32,000 bases of DNA from NCBI RefSeq assembly GCF_009827135.1, contig NZ_CP046534.1, positions 750,001 through 782,000 on the forward strand. Reading direction: 5' to 3'. Made by a program: the position numbers and the translations under genes. Source of the DNA: Blochmannia endosymbiont of Camponotus nipponensis. GTDB lineage: Bacteria > Pseudomonadota > Gammaproteobacteria > Enterobacterales > Enterobacteriaceae. Below, piece by piece: positions 30,273 through 32,000 of the stretch; the first letter of the stretch is position 1, and every line of letters starts with the position of its first letter. The notes under the pieces were generated by a model that was given only the letters and a program-made list of their open reading frames with translations, was not told the origin of the DNA and ran no database searches.

Positions 30273-31352
30273 ATGCAAATTGATTGCGGTATTATTGGAT
30301 TACCAAATGTAGGTAAGTCTACTTTATTTAATATTTTGACTCATCTATCTGTTAAAATAGCTAATTTTCCTTTTTGTACTATACAACCGAACGTATCCAT
30401 AGTGCATATACCTGATCCACGTATATATCAGTTAACAAATATTGTTCCATCACGTAAAATGATGCATGGTACTATGAAATTTATCGATGTTGCTGGTTTA
30501 ATAAAAGGGGCTGCACAAGGTATAGGCATGGGTAGTCAAGTTCTAAATTATATTCGAACAACAAAAGTGTTATGTCATGTGGTCCGTTGTTTCGATAACA
30601 ACCAAGTTGTTCATGTTTTTAACAATATAGATCCCTGTAGAGATGTGAATATTATCAATACTGAACTTATATTATTTGATATTTTGCTCTGTGAAGAAGG
30701 CATTCATTCTTTGCAAAAAAAAAATAAAGTTATTAATAAAAATATTGAACCACAGTTATCTACATTAAAAATGTGTTTGGGTTATTTATATGATGGTGTG
30801 CCATTAAGAAAAATATATTTTTCTAAAACAGAAAAAATAAATATTGAAAAATTTAATCTTTTAACTATTAAACCAACTATTTATATTGCTAACATCGATG
30901 AAGAACTTGTGACAAACAATGAATACCTAGATAAGTTACGCATACTTGCATCTGATGAACACATGCCATTAATTTTATGCTGTACAATGTCATTTTTATT
31001 GAACAATAAAAGCGATCACACTACATCATATACGCAACAACAAAGCAGTATATTATATGATATAGTTAATGTTATTTTTACTATGTTAAATTTACGTACT
31101 TTTTTTACTATTAATTTAAACATGACACGTTCTTGGATATACGTTGCTGGAACAACTGCATTGGAAGCTGCAAAAAAAGTACATAGTGACTTTAAAAAAG
31201 GTTTCATTCGCGTTCAAGTGATTAAGTTTAATGATTTTATTGCTTATAATGAAGAATTATTAAGCAAAAAAAAATCTAATAAAATTTCCTATTTAGGAAA
31301 AAATTATCTTGTAGAAGATGGGGATATATTGAAATTTTTATTTCACATTTAA
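30273..31352 (+). CDS. ychF: ribosome-binding ATPase YchF (Obg-family)
   Basis: 359 aa (E. coli 363). It has G1 GLPNVGKST, NFPFCTI.PN, G3 DVAGL, HVVRCF, LTIKPTIYIAN and the C-terminal TGS-like FKKGFIR...DGDIL.F.F. The middle helical region is highly diverged but in frame. Confidence 0.9.
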   Translation: MQIDCGIIGLPNVGKSTLFNILTHLSVKIANFPFCTIQPNVSIVHIPDPRIYQLTNIVPSRKMMHGTMKFIDVAGLIKGAAQGIGMGSQVLNYIRTTKVLCHVVRCFDNNQVVHVFNNIDPCRDVNIINTELILFDILLCEEGIHSLQKKNKVINKNIEPQLSTLKMCLGYLYDGVPLRKIYFSKTEKINIEKFNLLTIKPTIYIANIDEELVTNNEYLDKLRILASDEHMPLILCCTMSFLLNNKSDHTTSYTQQQSSILYDIVNVIFTMLNLRTFFTINLNMTRSWIYVAGTTALEAAKKVHSDFKKGFIRVQVIKFNDFIAYNEELLSKKKSNKISYLGKNYLVEDGDILKFLFHI

Positions 31353-31393
31353 TATATTTTATGTGGAAATGTTTGAAATACGCTCCGTAATCA

Positions 31394-31496
31394 CTCAAGA
31401 TTAATGCACAGTAGATAGAAAACTCCGGATGGCACAAGTTTTATTTTAAAACTTGTGCCATCCGGAGTTTTCTATCTACTGTGCATTAATCTTGAG
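31394..31496. terminator. bidirectional intrinsic terminator embedded in a 103-nt perfect hairpin (50-bp arms, 3-nt loop)
   Basis: 31394-31443 is the exact reverse complement of 31447-31496 (checked base by base). The inner stem CTCCGGATGGCACAAGT.../...ACTTGTGCCATCCGGAG is flanked by AAAA and TTTT. It lies 41 nt past the ychF stop and 25 nt past the ybhL stop (convergent genes). Confidence 0.75.
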
Positions 31497-31521
31497 AAAA
31501 ATACAAACACTACACCTAAAA

Positions 31522-32000
31522 TTAACGGCGATTTCCAAAAATACGGACTATCATTAAAAATAAATTAATGAAATCTAAATACAAAGTCAATGCACCTATA
31601 ATTGAATACTTGCGAAATTGATCTTGGTTATCTATAGATAAAGAGGCTCCTATAGATTTTAATTTCTGGGTATCATATGCAGTTAAACCAACAAAAATAA
31701 CGACACCAATATACGTAATAAGCCACATTAAAACTGTGTTTTTCAACCATAAATTTACTACTGAAGCTAAGATTATACCGATTAAAGCCATAAATAATAA
31801 ATTACCAAAACTACTTAAATCTCGTTTAGTAGTATACCCATATACCGTCATTATACCAAACATACCAGATGTCACTACAAACGCACTAGATATCGAAGAT
31901 GTAGTATATAATATAAATATACTAGATAAAGTTAAACCTGTTAGCATGGAATATAACATAAATAACGTAGTTGCTAAAGAACCACTTAATCGTGTTACCA
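31522..32000 (-). CDS. ybhL: Bax-inhibitor-1/YccA-family inner-membrane protein (YbhL type), 5' end beyond the window
   Basis: LTGLTLSSIF, YGYTTKRDLSSFGNLLFMALIGI, GLTAYDTQKL and the C-terminal GALTLYLDFINLFLMIVRIFGNRR are near-identical to E. coli YbhL. The frame stays open upstream of the ORF-track Met (..VTRLSGSLATTLF MLYS..) and matches YbhL, so the gene continues past 32000. Confidence 0.9.
   Translation of the reverse strand, partial: VTRLSGSLATTLFMLYSMLTGLTLSSIFILYTTSSISSAFVVTSGMFGIMTVYGYTTKRDLSSFGNLLFMALIGIILASVVNLWLKNTVLMWLITYIGVVIFVGLTAYDTQKLKSIGASLSIDNQDQFRKYSIIGALTLYLDFINLFLMIVRIFGNRR

Noticed and set aside
31016-31207. 63-aa ORF antisense to ychF
   Set aside because: It lies inside ychF on the opposite strand, with no motifs.
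1-32000. Window-wide look for CRISPR arrays, IS/transposase or integrase genes, prophage or toxin-antitoxin modules, and additional tRNA or rRNA genes
   Set aside because: I found no regularly spaced direct repeats. No ORF of 60 codons or more lacks an identifiable housekeeping ortholog, and no other cloverleaf-compatible GTTC-type T-arm sequence turned up. The only repeats that are not low-complexity are the three palindromes reported above.

Overview
This is a strongly AT-rich window, and the content looks like the conserved core of a reduced-genome gamma-proteobacterial (Enterobacterales-type) insect endosymbiont. Gene order and AT-richness are Blochmannia-like, but I cannot verify the organism without a search. 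I can support 29 intact housekeeping CDS, one tRNA-Val(GAC), and a possible 14-codon 3' end of an upstream gene. In order the genes are nth, tyrS, pdxH, slyA, rnt, grxD, ribE, tRNA-Val, lpp, the full sufABCDSE Fe-S operon, lplA, pheST, rplT-rpmI-infC-thrS, kdsA, prmC-prfA, ispE-prs, pth-ychF, and a ybhL-type gene that runs off the right edge. Every product aligns by eye with its E. coli K-12 ortholog (recalled from memory). I found no mobile element, CRISPR array, defence system or accessory island, so in gene content this is an ordinary core region. Several starts in the ORF track are over-extended or wrong: ribE, sufC, sufD, rpmI, ispE, thrS and lpp, plus infC, which begins at a conserved ATT. 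The features genes do not explain are three perfect long palindromes. One is 82 bp, between lpp and sufE. One is 103 nt, between ychF and ybhL. One is 50 bp, in the slyA-rnt spacer. Two are built around bidirectional intrinsic terminators but extend far beyond what termination needs. There are also several unusually long non-coding spacers (0.5-1.3 kb). These sit where E. coli synteny is broken or where ancestral genes (hemA, lolB, ihfA, ldtE and others) are missing.
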